Shown: piece after piece, positions 12,414 through 25,420 of the stretch
Numbering within the stretch: position 1 is the first letter of the stretch
Layout: the number at the start of each line of letters is the position of its first letter
Assembly: GCA_951406725.2 (NCBI GenBank)
Contig: OX597821.1
Span: 75,020,001-75,084,000 of the forward strand
Length of the DNA stretch: 64,000 nucleotides
Direction of reading: 5' to 3'
From: Octopus vulgaris
Taxonomy: Eukaryota
Program-made: the position numbers and the translations under genes
Notes under the pieces: generated by a model
Told to the model about the DNA's origin: nothing
The model's database searches: none
What the model saw: the letters and a program-made list of their open reading frames with translations, nothing else

Positions 12414-12643
12414 CCATCTGCTATATATTGCGTATTTATGCTTTGGCATTATTTTTGGTAATATTTTGTTTTCTATTGTACATACGTAGAATGTTGCAGC
12501 GTATATCCAAGGAGGGATCTACTGCCCCATTCCACCTTATACTTGTTTGTATACATTTTTTGTAGATAGCGAAAAAACACTTCTGTTGTGCATATCCTAA
12601 ATGGCTCTTTTCAATAAACTTACTGATATTGCGGACGGCAATA

Positions 12644-12884
12644 CAATAATCCTTCTCCATATCACGGTTCACCTAACGCGGTTTATTATTTAAGATTACA
12701 TCGATTCCTCCGTGATGTTGTTTTGCTTTTATTATAAAATAAATATATGCAAATTATAAAAATAATAAAAAATATACAGTTCAATACTGTTCGTACTTCG
12801 CGGATTTTCACCAAACGCGGATTTTCACCTAACGCGGGGTTTAGCGTTGGAGCGTAACACCCGCGATAGTCGAGCTTGTTACTG
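12644..12884. mobile_element. Tc1/mariner-superfamily (Tigger/pogo-like) MITE nested in the Penelope RT
   Basis: TA|CAATAATCCTTCTCCATATCACGG ... CCGCGATAGTCGAGCTTGTTACTG|TA form imperfect TIRs with a TA duplication. Internal TTCACCTAACGCGG repeats. Confidence 0.7.
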
Positions 12885-12991
12885 TATTTGTAGAGGTTTA
12901 TATTTGTTATTTTTAATGATGTCCATCATTTGCATCCCAGGGACGTTGATAAACAAACTTTCTACATCAAATTTAGAGATGATACGTTTTA

Positions 12992-13208
12992 TATTTGTGT
13001 CAAATTTTAGCGCAAGGCGAGCAATTTTAAGGGGAAAGAGACATCGATTAGATCGATCCCGGTGTTCAACTGGCACTTTCTTAATAATACACCAAATGGA
13101 TGAAACGCAAAATCGACCTCGGCGGAATTTGAACTCAGAACGTAAAAACGGACCAAATGTCGTAAATCACTTTGCCTGCAGTGCTTACGATTCTGCTGTC
13201 TAACCGTT
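12992..13208 (-). mobile_element. SINE group A (diverged)
   Basis: GGATGAAACGCAAAATCGACCTCGGCGGAATTTGAACTCAGAACGTA. Confidence 0.85.
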
Positions 13209-13964
13209 TCTTCTAATTTCTGTAGAAATACATTCGGTGGGTATATACTATATTGCTGTAGTATGTACTTTTTGGTAATATTGTCTTACTTTTTGGTGAC
13301 TGAATGTGAAGATGCATTCATTTCGGATATTATGTGTCTCAGAGGGTACCTTTGCGTGTGTACTTACTCCGTCGTATCTAGCTATCTATTTATCTATCTA
13401 TCTTTTTTTCTTTTTCTTTTCTTTTCTTCTTTCCTTTCCTTTATATTTCTTTCCCTTTCACGATCCCTTTTGATGGAAAACCTACCCCCACTTTTTTTCT
13501 CTTCTTTTTTCCCCATAAAGAAACGCTCTACTTTGTAATCTGTCCCGTCTGTGTGCAGCCTTGTGTGGCTAAAAAAGAAATATTATCTATCTATCTGTCT
13601 GTCAGTCTGTCTGTCTGTCTATACACACACATATTTGTATACATATGTGTATGTGTGTGAGCAGAGGAGAATGTCCGTTTAATGTATGGAAAGCAAAATG
13701 TTCCTGTTTTTGCACATATTCAGGATTGTGTGGTAACCTGCTGAGAACTGCGACAGTTACACAACAATTCTAAAAACAGTTGTAAAGTTCTCTCTGCACA
13801 CAAATTGTCCATCATTTCTAACGTTTTTATCTCTGACACCATTCTTCTACGCACCACACTCTGTCGTATTAACGCTATTGACTCCATTTCTGACTTATCC
13901 TGGTGTCTATTTACATCACAACTATTAAGAACTCTCAAATGTTGAGGCCTTTCTTGACGTCCTT

Positions 13965-14320
<356 letters not shown>

Positions 14321-15465
14321 CTATATATTGGTACTCCTCTATTTGTTGTATAACATTAACTGGTGCATATTACCAATCTGCTTATGCTCTTGCTCTCTTA
14401 TAAACGTATCAGATCCATCAATCCATCGCTGATTGTCAATCTTCATTTCGGCAGTGATCCCATCCTTGCATTTAAAGCGGGAGATTAAACAAAACTTCAT
14501 TCTCAACACTGAATATATAAACACATTATTTAAAGTCGGTCAACATCGTCATACCTACAGTTTACATTGTGTAAATAAGATATGCTCTGAAACACCCAAA
14601 CAAATTCTCATATTTCCTATTGTCGTAATTAGAATTAAAAGCCACAATATTGCCTATTTAATCATTGATTAACATAGATGTTGTTATCTAAATGTTGTAA
14701 TATACCACTTCCACTCTACAAGTATATTATACCGTCAATGTTCATATTACGCCTATATATGTTGTAATATTTTGAATTATACGATACCTCATATCTAGGA
14801 TATCGCCATGCCAGATTGAGCAGCAAAAACGATATAATATTCACATTTTCATAGAAGATATTATAACAATGAAAATGCTATGCATGGTGTTAAAAGTGTT
14901 AATCTATTTTGCTCTGAGAATTATATAAAGCAAAGATTCTTTGCCGTCCGTATACCAGCAGCAGCAGTAATTTCATATAAAATTTTATTAGTAATTATAT
15001 AGCTCAGCTATGTCATGCTAGTTTGTGAGACAAACATCGCTCTTCTATATTCACACGATAAACTTGCTCCACACATTAAGATAGGAGGAAATCATGAAAT
15101 GTGAAGAGAACAAAAAAATACCCCCCGCACAAAAAAATGGGGAAAAATATAGACAAATACTACGAAAATGCGTCTATTATTTTTTTTGTAACCAAGTTTC
15201 TTCATTCCTAATCAATACGTGAACAGCTGACGCACGAGGCGTACTTTCAAAGAAAGCTATAAAAAATGATGAAAACATAGAATTCTATTTAAAATATAGT
15301 TATTGAGATGGGGGGAAAAAACTTAGAAGAAATAAATTGCAGAATTGGAAAAATGTTTTCGAGCGTGCAGAAGAGATATAAAACCACACACACACACGCA
15401 CACACACTAGATATACATACATACGTGTGAGTGTGTGTATAAATATATATATATATATGTATGTG

Positions 15466-15531
<66 letters not shown>

Positions 15532-16086
15532 CACACACATACACGCATACACACGACGCTCACATACATATCTATCATCGATAGAAGACAGATGGAGCAG
15601 TTGGGAAAGATCTATGAAAGATTTAGATGACAGCACATGGATGAAATTGCTGGCCAAGAAACTTTCGGTTTCATAGTTATTTTCTTCCTCTACAGTTGAG
15701 ACTTATATATTGTTTCTATCTTATCGTTTCGTTTGTTATTGTTGTTGGGAAGTGTTTTGAACATCTGCTTGTAGACGAATGTGTGACCTCCTACCATTAA
15801 CGATCTTACGTTGCTTTGCATATCCACCAGATATAAATGCTATGGGAGTGCGGTAATTTAGAATATAATCAACAGGATGTGAAGGGACTTCGAACGAGAA
15901 TCGAAACAAAAAATCGTACATCTTACTGTTTACCTCGTTAAAGTTGTTTAGTTACAGATAAGCTCTAATAAGGCAGAAAGAGCTATAATTAAAGTAATCC
16001 AATTTCTTTTCTTGTTTTGAGATTTGACACCAAAACGGCAAAGTTTTTTTTTTACGATGGTAAAACATGCAAGTTAAATTAAATTC

Positions 16087-16326
16087 CTTCCTGAGTCATG
16101 TAGACAGATAAGAGCTAGTTTCCCCGGTCTGCCTCTCGTATATACTCACCACATTCCGAATGGGATGCTAGTCCGTCACAGTATACTTATTGTTGCCAAG
16201 TGAGTGAACTGAAATAACCAAAAATGAAGTGTTTTGCTCAAGAATACAACGCGTAACTCAGTCCAGGAATCGAAACCACAATCATAGATCAGGAGTGCAA
16301 GACATTAACCACTAAGCGCCTCCACA
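16087..16326 (-). mobile_element. SINE with group B-type head/core and a different tail (group F)
   Basis: Minus strand GTGGAGGCGCTTAGTGGTTAA..GGTTTCGATTCCTGG..TTGTATTCTTGAGCAAAACACTT. The tail resembles 53660-53757. Confidence 0.7.
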
Positions 16327-16989
16327 GTAAAATATGTTGGCAGTAAAATTTGGTCCAAAAATCAACTGGCCACTTTCGATTATTGTTTAATTACCAGCAT
16401 CGAATTTTAAATATTGTCTTATTTTATTATTTTTTTCCCAGTCATAAAGCCCTACATTATTTGTGAAGAGAGAGAAACGGAAGGTATAAGATATCCATGT
16501 CTTTTATAATTCCAAGTGAACTGAAATGGCCTAAGACAGTTACTGGAACATGTTTACTTTACTTAGCGTAAATTTGAGCGTTAAAAATTCTATTCAACGG
16601 TTGAGCGTCCGAGAAAGGGAGATTTTCCAATCAAACCTTGCTGTCTTCAAAAAGGACATAAGCATAATTAAAGTACGGTATCTTAAGGGGAGAGTACTAA
16701 GCGTAGGAAAGCCTTTGGTTTTAGGACCGTTTGATTTGTATTAAACATCAACCATATTCACGAGTTCTCGGCTCTGGTTATATTGAGAAAAATATGTTCT
16801 GGCAGTGTGAAAAGCAACTATGCGGAGAAAGCGAGCATCCTGGAGGAAGCGCAAGCTAGACTTCTTAAGCGGAGAAAAACTGGGCTATTTAAGGAAATTG
16901 CTGGGCTCAATTGCGATATGTAAAACAACGCCCGGACCGTGGTTATCAGCTTGAACGTCAAACTTCAAAAAGTAGTTAACCATTTGATG

Positions 16990-17262
16990 GTTTTAATAAA
17001 TTTATACAGAAAAAGTAAGCATTATACCGTTCAGCATAAATAAAAGTCAACTTCATTACATTTTTTCTTTGAAAACTTATTCTGACATTAAATGAGTCAA
17101 CTTCCCGTACGAATGTTTACATTTGTACGTCATTTAAAAAAAAAAAAAAAAGTTGTAAAAAAATTTCTGGAAACGATCTACTCATGTTATTTACGCACCC
17201 ACGAAAGTATATTTTTGTTTTTGGGAAAAAAGTGCGTAAATTACATGTGTTTTTACGATAAA
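16990..17262. mobile_element. Possible Tc2/pogo-type DNA transposon terminal remnant
   Basis: Ends in AAAGTGCGTAAATTACATGTGTTTTTACGATA, resembling Tc2-type termini. The other end was not identified. Confidence 0.3.
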
Positions 17263-18039
17263 TGTTAGGTAATACCACACATCATGCGATAAACAAAAGA
17301 TTATAATTGAATTTACACCTCTACTACTGTGAAAATATAATTATTTAAATGAGTATATCTAACCAAAGAAAAGAACAAAAAACAACTCTAGAATTTAATC
17401 TTAATTAAGTTAATTAAACATAAACTACAATAGGAAGGGAGCATTATCTATGGTAACGTACAGGAAATGGGGCATGTTTTGGTAGCATTAGATCTCATCA
17501 GCTAACATAATCTAACTCTTATAAGATATCAGACTCGCAAAAGATGTGTATAGGAATTTTATGACTTAATACCAAGTGACGTGACATCTTAAAGGAATAA
17601 TGGAAAAACATAACCAGAAGTGCCATTCACATAAAATTTCAATAGCAAATTTAGAGCTAATATATTAAAAATCATGCATTTAATGAAGAGAGAGACAATG
17701 TTTGACGGTCATACATGGATAATTGAAATGAAGAAAAGCTTGCCCGATGCCAGTGGTTTGAAAAATCAATTCACAAATCATGTAAAATACGTGAAGTTGA
17801 AGTTTTAAAGTTGGTGACATCTTTGGGGAAATAAAAAGAAACAGAGAACTGTTTCGATCCTGTCTCGCAATTACTGCTTCTCTCTTCGTAAGGTCGTCAA
17901 TGTACATTAGTAAGGGATGATAAATGAACGCGGTTACGGTACATTGTTGTCTTAGCGTATTTGAAGTTAGGACTTAAGCGACGGAAAAATAAAATATTTC
18001 TACAAGCTTACCTTTTCAGCATTTTATATCTTTATAATG

Positions 18040-18256
18040 ATGATTTCAGATTTTTGCGCGAGGTCAGCAATTTTAAGGGAGTGGGTACGACGAGTACATC
18101 GACCCCCAGTGCTCAACTGGTACTTGTTTTATCAACCTCAAAAGGAGGAAATGCAAAGTCAACCTCGACGGGATTCGAACTCAGATCGTAAAGACGGATG
18201 AAATGCGGCTAAGTATTTTACTCAGCGTGCTAACGATCCTGCCAGTTCACAGCCTT
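18040..18256 (-). mobile_element. SINE group A (diverged)
   Basis: ACATCGACCCCCAGTGCTCAACTGGTACTT..CGAACTCAGATCGTAAAGACGG..GCTAACGATCCTGCCAGTTCAC. Confidence 0.85.
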
Positions 18257-19111
18257 ATAGCCACTTTATAATAGTAATTATACGATGGCAGCTCCATCAG
18301 TTGGCAAAGTCATTATCTGTTTGGATAGAAGACGTCGCTCTATTCGTAAAGCTCCCTGCGATGGGACTTCATGTTCTCAGAGTCGTTTTTGCCTTTAATC
18401 CGTTTTAAGTCGATCGACAAAATGGTAGTCCAGTGCTGATAAAACCTGTTAGATCTTGGATGTTTCTGTGACTCAAGTGTAGTGAAGTCGTGATGGTGTC
18501 TGTGGTTGCTTGTGATTATCTGAGCACCAATAACAATTAGTAAAATTACGTTATATGCTATCAAGCCATAGTCGCTTTCAAGTGACGTCGCTAAGTAAAG
18601 TAAACATGTCCAGTGGAATTTTTCGATAGAAGTTACCTACCCATATATTACAGATTCTCCACTAATGGAAAGCAGCCTTTACTCCGAGTGGGTATCCATA
18701 TTTTGTACAACATTATCTACTTCAGTTCATCGCGTTTTCAAAATGTTTCTTAACATCAGTTTTCTTTGAAAACTGTTGGCAAACATTTACTTGCTATTTT
18801 TTTTTTCAGCATGCTATTTTAGCAGAAAAAGAATATGAATGGAAAGGACTGGGAATAATTTTAGACTCTTCCTTAATTATGGTGTCATTCGCTATCGTAA
18901 TTAATCTACCAAAACACGAACACGAACATATCTATGTAATATGTGCTTTCAATCTCCATTGGGTCTTGACATTTGAAAGATATATCAACTGTGCTAACAC
19001 AGGTTTTTAACAGAACTTCGAATATTGTTTAATTTTGATTAAGATCAAAGACACTATGTAATAGTGGACACCAGAGCATTGATTTATATGTAAACATATT
19101 TTCCACACCAT

Positions 19112-19154
<43 letters not shown>

Positions 19155-19318
19155 CATGTATACATACATGTGTATGTATATATATGTATATATATATGTA
19201 TTGATATGTGTGTGTGTAGATATATATATATATATTATGCACACAGAGACAAATATATATATATATATATATATTATGCACACAGAGACAAATATATATA
19301 TATACGAATGCCTATATA

Positions 19319-19502
19319 AGAGTGGCTGTGTGGTAAGAGTCTTCCTTCCTAACCACATGGGTCCGGGTTTCAGTCCCACTGCGTGGCACCTTGAGCGATT
19401 ATCTTCTGCTATAGCCTCGGGCCGAACAAAGCCTTGTGAATAGATTTGGTCGACGCTAAATTAAAGAAGCCCGTGGTATATATATCTATATCTATATCTA
19501 TC

Positions 19503-19537
<35 letters not shown>

Positions 19538-19762
19538 CTGTGTGTGTGCGTGTGTTATCTGTGTCTGAGTTTGTCCCTCCACCATCGCTTGATAACCGAA
19601 GTTGGTGTGTTTACGTCCCCGTAACCTGGCGGTTCGACAAATGATACCGATAGAATAAGTACTAGGCTTACAAAAAATAAGTCCTGGGGTCGATTTGTTT
19701 GACTAAAGGTGGTGCTCCAGCATGGCCGCAGTCAAATTACTGAAACAATTAAAAGAAAAAGA
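19319..19762 (+). mobile_element. tRNA-derived SINE, group C (internal microsatellite)
   Basis: GTGGCTGTGTGGTAAG..CCGGGTTTCAGTCCCACTGCGTGGCACCTTG..TATAGCCTCGGGCCGA..CAGCATGGCCGCAGTCAAAT. Homologous to 21332-21468 and 57013-57410. Confidence 0.9.
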
Positions 19763-19920
19763 AAAAAGAAAGAATATGTATAAATATATATATATATTTT
19801 TTTTATATATGTATATGTGTATATAACAGTTTCGACGAGACTATCGGATGTTGTTATACCTCGATGGTCACAATGAACTTCGCTTCGTTTTAGAATTCGA
19901 AGGGTTTCACACAGCTGGCG

Positions 19921-20593
19921 TGTAGGCCAAATATATGTATGCATGCATATACACACCTCACATCATCCTGCATACTCCCACACCCACAAAAGCACATGAT
20001 ACCGGAAGGTAGACAATATATACACGTACACGCACACACACACACGCAACACACATAACCACGCGTAACATACATAGACAAAGATAACTTTCGCCCGCAT
20101 GCATACATTATACACATGCACACAATTTGGTCACAGTGACACACATACACATACACATGTACACCCACCACGCGTAAAAGCATACATTAACTGCTACACA
20201 CACACGCACACACACACACGGGTTACACACGCACTCACGTCAAACTCACTCGCTCCCATTCACACACACATACTTACACATTGATACACACCATTCTCGC
20301 ATACACACACACGCTTGCGCTCATCCTGTTGCTGAGATCACATGAATTATATCCCTTTCATCATCCTCTGCAGGTGGTAGCTACATCGAACACTTGTAAG
20401 ACATGAAATAAACGTTGATTGCGAGTAAACACTTGTGACTTTGCTGGAGTTTTCTATTGCTTTTCCTTATTAAGGTATTGCGTAATGAAATCAGTTCGTT
20501 CTTTTGTCTTTCTTTTTTTTTTGGCCTGTCCTAATTGTTGTTTCTTGTCCGCCTTTGTAGCGTCTATCTGTCCGAATGTTTTAATATCCTCTA
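19921..20593 (+). mobile_element. Candidate solo LTR
   Basis: Starts TGTAGG, ends CCTCTA (decayed CCTACA) and contains AATAAA near 20408. Flanked by TGGCG (19916-19920) and TTGCG (20594-20598) as a putative 5-bp TSD. Confidence 0.4.
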
Positions 20594-20598
20594 TTGCG

Positions 20599-20642
20599 TT
20601 TTCCTTTTTGCGTAATTTAGACGACAATTTACTTAACGCACC

Positions 20643-20645
<3 letters not shown>
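20599..20645 (+). mobile_element. Terminal remnant of the maT/Tc1 family seen at 35465
   Basis: TTTTCCTTTTTGCGTAATTTAGACGACAATTTACTTAACGCACCC is an imperfect reverse complement of 35469-35513. Confidence 0.65.
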
Positions 20646-20685
<40 letters not shown>

Positions 20686-20687
<2 letters not shown>

Positions 20688-20825
20688 AGGTTGTCCCAAA
20701 AGTTCGTAGAAAGTCTTGGAAAATAATGGTCTTTATTTTGAGGAATAATTTTGTTGTTTTTGTTAGTACTTGGCGAGTAAAAATTCAATTTTCGCAAGTG
20801 TTTACGAACTTTTGGGACAACCTAA
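20686..20825. mobile_element. mariner-type MITE
   Basis: TIRs AGGTTGTCCCAAAAGTTCGTA / TACGAACTTTTGGGACAACCT, with TA on both sides. Confidence 0.85.
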
Positions 20826-20855
20826 TATATATATATATATATAGGTCATCATCGT

Positions 20856-20940
20856 CGACTTACGACCTATCCGACTTACGACCTATCCGACTTACGACAT
20901 ATCCGACTTACGACCTATCCGACTTACGACCGATCGACTT
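20856..20940 (+). repeat. 16-bp tandem repeat (CGACTTACGACCTATC) x ~5, probably subterminal repeats of a Tigger-like element
   Basis: Seen directly. Preceded by TAGGTCATCATCGTCGACTTACGACC, which resembles Tigger-type termini. Confidence 0.8.
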
Positions 20941-21331
20941 TACTGCGATTTGCTCCCCAGTTCCCGGCAGCAAAAATAAATACTGCAGATTAAATCTAAT
21001 GGGTTTCTTTTCTTGAGTGTTTTGTTTTATATTGAACCCTATTCTTACCGGTTCGTACGAACCAGATATAAATATTTTATTCTTTTATAGCGAGAACCGG
21101 TTGTCATATTTTCGATGGACAATAAAATGGAATATAAGTAGAAAAATTAGGATAATGCCGTCCCCGACCCTCTATCGCATTTCGTTCGGTCCTTTAATGT
21201 TTTTCAAGTAAAAGGTTAATTCTCATTTATTTGTTTAAGTTTTACTATTTCAGCATTAAATTGAGAAGGGGACAAAATATTCCAATGGAAGTACTTGATT
21301 GTGTGTGTGTGTGTGTGTATAATATAGCCAC

Positions 21332-21468
21332 TGGAGTGGGTGTGTGGTATGAAGCTTACTTCCCAATCGCATGGTTTCGGGTTCAGTTCCATTATGTGAC
21401 AATTTGGGCAAGTGCCTTCTGCTATAGCCTCGGGCCGACCAAAGCCTTATGAGTGGATTTGGTCGACA
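21332..21468 (+). mobile_element. SINE group C, 5' half
   Basis: GGAGTGGGTGTGTGGTA..CGGGTTCAGTTCC..TATAGCCTCGGGCCGACCAAAGCCTT. Confidence 0.85.
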
Positions 21469-21970
21469 GAATGTTACTATATTGTATACAGTTAAAGTTT
21501 AGGGTTATTCAGAGTATTATTAAGAAGAATATAACAAAACGATAGAAACTGTTGAATACTTTTGAGTGTATACCAAACTTTTACCACAATAGAGGGAGGA
21601 AAAGAAATTTTCCAGAAATAGTTTAATATTTATACATGTTATACACTTAAATAAGTGTATAATATTTAGCCCTAACAGATACTGTCCCTTTGTTCTCTAA
21701 GCCTTAGATATACAAGGATTTGATAAACTAGTCAATTAATTAAAAACTTACCCCATAAAAATAAAGAAATCAGTGACGGGCAGAGTCTGTAACATTGTAT
21801 ATTTTCGTGATACCTTAGTAGCTTCTATGCTGGAGTGAAGGCAGCATGTTCTTAGTCTATCTCCTTAACTGCTTGGAGATTTTAGGTATAATTATACGAA
21901 TGTGTCCATCTGTTTTAATTTAATTAAATTCTATGTCTTTGTGCAGCTGAGGATTGTTCTGCATTTTAAA

Positions 21971-22023
21971 CTGATGTAATGATTACATTGTTCAATTAAA
22001 TGGAGTTGCATGAAACGATCGTA
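21971..22023 (+). ncRNA. Degenerate hammerhead-like motif with long stem II
   Basis: CTGATG...(stem-loop)...GAAAC-GATC-GTA, with palindromic ACGATCGT. The core is imperfect. Confidence 0.4.
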
Positions 22024-22142
22024 TTGCATTAACTCTGGATATCCTTGTTGCTTATTTTGATTTTAATCACCTTACTTTGAAATTGTATGGATAATGCCGT
22101 ACTAAATTCTGGTGCATCAACTTAAGTACCATATTCATCTGA

Positions 22143-22205
<63 letters not shown>

Positions 22206-22949
22206 TATATGCATATTTCACGAGTTGTTGCTCTTTTATCATCACCACATTCAACGCATCAATGAACGCATTACTTAAATACCCACTACGTTTAGCGGTG
22301 CACCACTGTTGGATAGACCGATTTCCATATTAAGCACGTTGCTAACGCGAACATAAAGCTCAATATTGCCGTGTAATCCTTTAATAGACTTGGTAGTATA
22401 CGAGCGTCACAAAACGGAATGCTGTGGTCTTTCTAGCAATTAATTTTTGCGTATAAGTTGATAGGAATGTGTTTAATATGAGAGTTGGTCTGTCCAATAG
22501 TGTTACACCGTTAGGCTTAGTGCGTATTTAAGCCATGCGGTCGTGGATGGTTGATGAGTTGGATATGGCACTCATGAAATAGGAATTACCCTTGAAGTAC
22601 GCGCACATACCCATTATTTTCTTCTATCGTTGATCACATTGTTTACATGACGTATTCGTTTAAGAAACGTCTAAACTTTCAGTGTTTGCTCTGATCTCTC
22701 TAGAAAATCTGTAAAGATAGTCAAAAATGGTTTACATAAAATATTTTCTCCCTTATTTGGAATACCGGCGCATGGATATCGTTTCTCCCTGTAAATGTGT
22801 TGATAGTTTGATTTACGAATTCTGGTTAATGAATGGAAATAAAGAAGGTAGTGGACATTTTCTGCTTTTAATCCAAGCAAGTATCCTAAATGAAACCTTT
22901 TATCCTATCTTTATTTAACCTTGACTGATTGAGTGATATATTTTGTTCT

Positions 22950-23990
22950 GAAGCAGGAGTGAGAGAAGTCTGAAGTAGTCGAGGCAGGGTGTCAGGAGTA
23001 AATGTTGATCTTTAATGCAAAGAAATCAACATATGTGTTTCCGAAATTAGAAGTCGTTCAAAAATGAGAATGGTGGCAGTGTGGGGGAGGATGTGGTGGT
23101 TGAGATTAATTACACTGTCTAGTTCAGTTTGGCGTCTGGAGCAGCTGGTATAGAATGGGTGGAGAGTGGAATAAACAGGCAGGAAATGTTGTTGACACTA
23201 AGGTCAAAGTGGGTGGAATTACATAACAAAAATTTCGCAGCTGACATCAATTTACCGTGTACCTGTTCATTAAGGTATCCATCGTTTTTCTGTTGATACG
23301 TGCAAAGTTTTTTTCGATTTTGATTTAGAGGAGAGAAAATGAATATATTTCTATTTTTGTCAGTTATCATATATTGTTATTTTAGTTTCGTTTGTGCTTC
23401 GCTAGTTCGGCGAATATTATGGTATTTTGCTGTTTTACTAAGTGTTCGATGGTACGAGGATATTCCCTTACGTCCTAAGAAAATAAAACGACAAATTTCA
23501 AAATGAAGAATGGAAATAATTATTTCTCGCATAGTTACGAGGTTTGAAAGTTGGGGGAGAATATACGAATCGCTATTATTGGTCTCAGAACTTGAATAGT
23601 TTATCATGGTCGAAGTGAAGAAAGGACAAAGTTGCATTTGGTGAGATGTGAACCTGGGATTACAGTGCTTTCGGGTTTTGTATAGGAAAGATCTGTGCAT
23701 TCGTGAGTTCATAGCGCAGTTCGTGAAATCTCCAAGCATTGAACAGCTTGTTCTTTCGTTCATCCCACTTGTATACAAGCAGGCAACCTTCAGATATCGT
23801 GAGAATTTTTATTATCTGTGAAAATTCTATACCATCGGCGTAGCAAAGTGACTGTCTGAGTGGTCATGGTCATGTTTAACTGAGTTACTATAAACCGCAA
23901 TGTCCCCAAATCAGTTCCCTTTTGGTTTCCTTAGAGTTGGCACCACTGCTTGTGACTGCTTCATTTCTAGGTTTCAGGAAGGCATGTAGG
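22950..23990 (-). mobile_element. Second, older Penelope-like RT/GIY-YIG remnant
   Basis: Minus-strand fragments KGTDLGT (KGTAMGT-like), RYL.., LSFL, LHFE.C and HF..SVNNI..SRRQTE appear in the expected order. Very degenerate. Confidence 0.4.
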
Positions 23991-24048
23991 AACTCTCCCA
24001 GTTTACCATCTATGCAAAGGTTTCGCAACTTGTTATATATCATGGCAT

Positions 24049-24335
<287 letters not shown>

Positions 24336-24756
24336 GGGTGTAATCATATAAGCTCCCTCTTTCAAAGAGATAATTCCCTCACGAGAAACTGAAGGCGGAT
24401 AACTGAAATATACAAGAGTAAAAATAGTGACTTCGAAGTTTCTACCTGAAGACTTCGGTGGACTGTTCGAAGGAAGTTACTGTCATCAATCTACTTGTAG
24501 AAGAATAATAAATATATACTCTACAAAGTGTATTGAGTAAAATCTAGATTGATGTAGAATTATTTTATTATAAACAATTATTCAATATATATATGTGTGT
24601 GTGTGTTTGTGTGTGTGTATGTGTGTTTGTGTGTGTATAAATATATTCATTAATATATATGTGTGTGTGTATATATATATATTCATATATTTATAGTCAT
24701 ATACATAAATATATACATGTTCATACACACAAACACAGGCACATGTTTATATATTC

Positions 24757-24803
<47 letters not shown>

Positions 24804-25376
24804 CGTGTGTGTGTGTGTGTGTGCGTGCGTGCGTGCATGTGTATATATGTATTTACATATGAATATATACATATACAGACATATACAGACTCACATATAT
24901 ATGCATACATACAGGGAAAGAGAGAGAGAGAGAAAGAGAGAGCGAAAGACTGGGTGAAGAGAGAGAGAGGGAGAGAGAGATTGAGACAGACAGATAGAGC
25001 AAGATATGAACATGGGAACGTTTGTGATGATCAAGAAGCACGTATGTTTATGGTGGGCAAAATGTGTCAGAATAACAAAGCAATTTAAATGAGGTCTGTT
25101 TAATAGGGTGATTAATGCTAGCTCTTAGCTTAATAATCAAAACTAACTTGTTTCCAGGCATATCATATTAGAATTAATACACATGCCTGTGTCAGTGGAT
25201 GTATGTGTGTGCATATGTGTGTGTATACATGTGTGCGCGAACATTCATTTATACATACAAACACTCACATATATAAATATGCACGTATGCGTATATACAT
25301 GTGTAGACTCTCTCTCACACACACACACACATATATATATATACACATAATCAGAAACATATACACCTGTATATAC

Positions 25377-25420
<44 letters not shown>

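Larger units (their letters stand above)
11070..12990 (-). mobile_element. Penelope-like retroelement pseudogene (RT + GIY-YIG endonuclease), interrupted by two insertions
   Basis: In order on the minus strand: FDVESLFINVP..DII (RT motif 3, 12879-13076 ORF), ICTTE..GSRSLLG..ATFYVCTIENK (motif 4), decayed YADGT (motif 5), NNSVLKF..PFL..SVYTK, LRRAF..ETHRIRQTFIKNRYSNRMVD (thumb), SNVTHKFDC..CYTGQTNTTLSQRITMHLQ (GIY-YIG), RLIMESILM..INIQ. Confidence 0.85.

Noticed and set aside
15570-15680. Coding-looking stretch after a microsatellite
   Set aside because: Short, with no recognisable domain and no convincing splice sites.
20856-20940. CRISPR-like regular repeat
   Set aside because: Units are directly adjacent with no unique spacers, there are no cas genes, and the context is eukaryotic.
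24446-24485. Hammerhead-like CTGAAGA-CTTCG..CGAAG-GAAG
   Set aside because: GAAA core, stem III and stem I are not satisfied; too degenerate to call.
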